A stretch of 20,318 nt of DNA, from NCBI GenBank assembly GCA_046759165.1, contig JBHIBS010000027.1, positions 1 to 20,318 on the forward strand. Reading direction: 5' to 3'. The translations under genes and the position numbers were made by a program. Positions 17,963 to 20,318 of this stretch are shown here, piece by piece (within the stretch, counting starts at the first letter, position 1; the number at the start of each line of letters is the position of its first letter). The notes under the pieces are model-generated. The model was given only the letters and a program-made list of their open reading frames with translations, made no database searches and was not told the DNA's origin. The stretch is from a bacterium. GTDB taxonomy: Bacteria; UBA6262; WVXT01.

Positions 17963-19057
17963 ATGAATAAATCAAAGCTTGCCGTTCTAAAAACTACTCC
18001 TGAAACTGTGCTCAAGGACATACAGAGGCTCGTAAGAATGGCAGATTTTGAACACGGGCTTCCCAAAGATAAGACAACTATCTTAAAAGATAATATATCG
18101 TGGCACTTCCCTTATATTAGTGCCAATACTACCCCATGGCAGATGGAAGGAACAATCCTAGCATTAATTAGCGCTGGTTATAAGGACATCACTGCAGTCC
18201 ATAATAATACGGTAGTCACGGATCCTTACAAGGGTCAGGTAATGAATAAACTTTCTTCTATCTACAAAAAATATCATATAGAGGAAAGATACAATTTTAT
18301 CCCCGAGGATATCCAATGGATTGACTATAAGCCAAAGACGAAGATGAGGGTACTCGACAGAATTTATCCTGAAGGTATTAAGGTACCTGAATACTTTATT
18401 GGCAAAAACATCATACACCTTCCCACAGTAAAGACCCATATATATACTACGACGACGGGTGCAATGAAAAATGCTTTTGGTGGACTTTTGAGCACAAAGC
18501 GGCATTATACCCACTGTGTTATCCACGAAACTCTTGTTGACCTGCTGGCTATCCAGAAGGAGATTCACACGGGTATCTTTGCTGTGATGGACGGCACTAT
18601 ATGTGGAAGTGGCCCAGGACCAAGGACAATGACACCTGTAGAAAAGGACTATATCCTTGCAAGCAGTGATAGTGTAGCCATAGATGCCGTTGCAGCTAAG
18701 ATGATGGGTTTTGATCCTATGAGCATACCATATATACGCATGGCCCACGAAGATGGCCTGGGTTTGGGAAGAATTGAGGAAATAGAGATTGTTGGAGAAG
18801 ATATCTCAAATGTAAACTTTTCGTTCTCGGTGGGAGACAACCTTGCAAGCAAGGTGGGTGATTTCTTCTGGTTTGGTCCACTAAAGATATTACAGGGGCT
18901 GTTTTTCAGGACACCTCTTGTTTATCTATTTGTTTTTGGCTCATTTTTTTATCATGATTATATATGGTGGCCGATAAAAGGAAAGAAGATTCAGAAGCAT
19001 AAGGTTTTAAATACAAAATGGGGCAAGCTTTTTAAGAGTTATCCCATCCCCGCATAG
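17963..19057 (+). CDS. DUF362 domain-containing protein, with no ferredoxin domain
   Basis: ILKDN, HLPTVKTH..TTTGAMKNAFG, AVMDG..G.GP and D.VAIDAVAAKMMGFDP motifs. There is a hydrophobic C-terminal stretch. Confidence 0.85.
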   Translation: MNKSKLAVLKTTPETVLKDIQRLVRMADFEHGLPKDKTTILKDNISWHFPYISANTTPWQMEGTILALISAGYKDITAVHNNTVVTDPYKGQVMNKLSSIYKKYHIEERYNFIPEDIQWIDYKPKTKMRVLDRIYPEGIKVPEYFIGKNIIHLPTVKTHIYTTTTGAMKNAFGGLLSTKRHYTHCVIHETLVDLLAIQKEIHTGIFAVMDGTICGSGPGPRTMTPVEKDYILASSDSVAIDAVAAKMMGFDPMSIPYIRMAHEDGLGLGRIEEIEIVGEDISNVNFSFSVGDNLASKVGDFFWFGPLKILQGLFFRTPLVYLFVFGSFFYHDYIWWPIKGKKIQKHKVLNTKWGKLFKSYPIPA

Positions 19058-19155
19058 TTTGCACAGCATTACAGAACATATAGCATCATATTTCAATAGA
19101 TAAGAAAGATTATGTTAGATTCTATTTCAGACCTTTATTTGTTTGAAGGTGACTA

Positions 19156-20031
19156 ATGATAAAAAATTATGTAAGGTTAATAAGGCCAAAACACTGGGTA
19201 AAGAATTTATTTCTGTTTCTACCGTTATTGTTCGGCTTGCAGATATTCAATCCCAAAAGTTTATTAACTGCTAGTGTAGCATTTGTCAGTTTTTGTTTTG
19301 CTGCAAGTAGTATATATATATTCAATGACATCATGGATTTGCAAAGTGACAGATTCCACCCAATAAAAAAGCATCGTCCATTAGCTTCTGGAGAAATAAA
19401 TGTCACTACTGCGTACATAATTTCTACTGTTCTGGCGTTAATGAGCCTATTCCTGGGCTTTTTTTGCAATATAGGATTTGTCTTGGTAGTAGTTACATAT
19501 ATGGGAATTAATATACTTTATTCTATTTATCTCAAGAATGTTGTTATCCTAGATGTATTTATAATAGCATTAGGATTTGTATTGAGGATAGTAGCTGGCT
19601 CTGTTGCTACAAATATATATATGTCAAAATGGATACTATTATGTGGCTTTACGCTTTCTCTTTTTTTAGGGTTTACCAAAAGAAGAGCAGAAATGGTAGA
19701 ATTGGGAGAAGGTTTTGTTTCTCATAGAGCAGTATTGTCTCATTATAACCCGTATTTTTTAGATACTATGATAAATATAGTGAATTCTTTAACTGTTATT
19801 ACTTACTTATTCTATACAATAGATTCAACAACAACTGCTAAATTTGGAAATAAGCTATTTCTATCATTGCCAATAGTTTTATATGGTATTTTTAGGTACC
19901 AATATCTTATTTATCACAAAGGAAAAAGTAGTAGTCCCACAGAAAATTTCCTTACTGATATTCCATTATTATCTGCTGTTATAATCTGGGCGATTTTTTG
20001 TGGTGGAATAATTTTTTTCAAAATTAGGTAG
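19156..20031 (+). CDS. UbiA-family decaprenyl-phosphate phosphoribosyltransferase-like protein
   Basis: RPKHWVKN, NDIMD...DRFHPIKKHRPLASG, YSIYLK, GFVLR..AG, KRRAE and YGIFRY are typical of the Rv3806c-like subfamily. Confidence 0.88.
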   Translation: MIKNYVRLIRPKHWVKNLFLFLPLLFGLQIFNPKSLLTASVAFVSFCFAASSIYIFNDIMDLQSDRFHPIKKHRPLASGEINVTTAYIISTVLALMSLFLGFFCNIGFVLVVVTYMGINILYSIYLKNVVILDVFIIALGFVLRIVAGSVATNIYMSKWILLCGFTLSLFLGFTKRRAEMVELGEGFVSHRAVLSHYNPYFLDTMINIVNSLTVITYLFYTIDSTTTAKFGNKLFLSLPIVLYGIFRYQYLIYHKGKSSSPTENFLTDIPLLSAVIIWAIFCGGIIFFKIR

Positions 20032-20066
20032 TAAAATATTAATCAAATTCAACAGCAACCAAGCGT

Positions 20067-20092
20067 GCGTGTTCGATTCGCGGTCGGGTCAT
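20067..20092 (+). repeat. Decayed duplicate of the tRNA-Lys(UUU) 3' end (att-like)
   Basis: GCGTGTTCGATTCGCGGTCGGGTCAT versus GCGCGTTCGATTCGCGCCCGGCTCAT (16254-16279), 22/26 identical. Confidence 0.75.
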
Positions 20093-20127
20093 ATGATGTA
20101 AGATTTTATGGGATTTTGATAGAACTT

Positions 20128-20165
20128 GTCCCCGTCGACTAGTGGTTAGGTCACCACTCTTTCAA
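20128..20165 (+). pseudogene. 5' half of tRNA-Glu(UUC), interrupted after the anticodon loop
   Basis: GTCCCCG-TC-GACTAGTGGTTAGGTC-A-CCACT-CT-TTC-AA. No T-arm or 3' acceptor strand follows. Confidence 0.75.
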
Positions 20166-20167
20166 GG

Positions 20168-20228
20168 GTCGCTGTTCCGACGAATAAGGAGGAACGTGAC
20201 AGCGACGCCCGCGAGATGGTGAGCGGGC
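20168..20228. repeat. Double-hairpin element A, full copy inside the tRNA-Glu remnant
   Basis: GTCGCT-GTTCC-GACGAATAAGGA-GGAAC-GTGAC-AGCGAC-GCCCGC-GAGATGGTGA-GCGGGC. Confidence 0.85.
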
Positions 20229-20296
20229 GGGTCCACTGCAGAAAGAGTGGCGGGATATATAGAGATGTAAGATTTTATGGGATTTTGATAGAACTT

Positions 20297-20318
20297 GTCC
20301 CCGTCGACTAGTGGTTAG
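20297..20318 (+). tRNA. Start of a second tRNA-Glu copy, truncated by the window end
   Basis: The first 22 nt are identical to 20128-20149. The anticodon is not visible, so identity is inferred from the upstream copy. Confidence 0.5.

Larger units (their letters stand above)
16254..20092. mobile_element. Old integrase-less genomic islet inserted at the tRNA-Lys(UUU) 3' end
   Basis: Bounded by the tRNA 3' end (16254-16279) and a 22/26 identical direct repeat (20067-20092). The interior looks more AT-rich by eye. No integrase is present. Confidence 0.65.
20095..20318 (+). repeat. Exact 55-nt direct repeat (20095-20149 and 20264-20318) reaching the window end
   Basis: GATGTAAGATTTTATGGGATTTTGATAGAACTTGTCCCCGTCGACTAGTGGTTAG occurs twice, 169 nt apart. 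Confidence 0.95.

Noticed and set aside
20128-20260. tRNA-Glu with a spliceable intron (BHB or group I)
   Set aside because: The pairing around the insert is a continuous helix without BHB bulges. The insert is far too short for group I, and no T-arm or acceptor 3' half follows.
20095-20318. 55-nt direct repeat as a CRISPR array
   Set aside because: There are only two units, the repeat includes a tRNA 5' end, the 114-nt spacer is too long, and no cas genes are present.

Overview
Bacterial chromosomal window, probably from a diderm organism (it encodes a likely outer-membrane DUF1207 protein). Left to right: RND efflux adaptor and permease; a convergent DUF1207 gene; an operon with a CDF transporter, a close LeuT-like NSS transporter and a 31-aa membrane peptide missing from the ORF track; tRNA-Arg(UCG)/Lys(CUU)/Leu(UAG); tig-clpP-lon with no clpX; a class-V aminotransferase and serA; tRNA-Lys(UUU). 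Next is an AT-rich three-gene island (ArnT-like GT-C, DUF362, UbiA-type polyprenyl-phosphate phosphoribosyltransferase), closed by a decayed copy of the tRNA-Lys 3' end. The window ends in an interrupted, duplicated tRNA-Glu. The proteins are mostly ordinary and the notable signal is non-coding. One is a 61-nt double-hairpin element with near-invariant loops and compensatory stems (two full copies and one partial, one inside tRNA-Glu). The other is a different two-hairpin element with covariation that ends exactly at the -1 position of two different tRNA genes. I recognise neither as a known family, but I ran no database search. All alignments and folds were done by eye.
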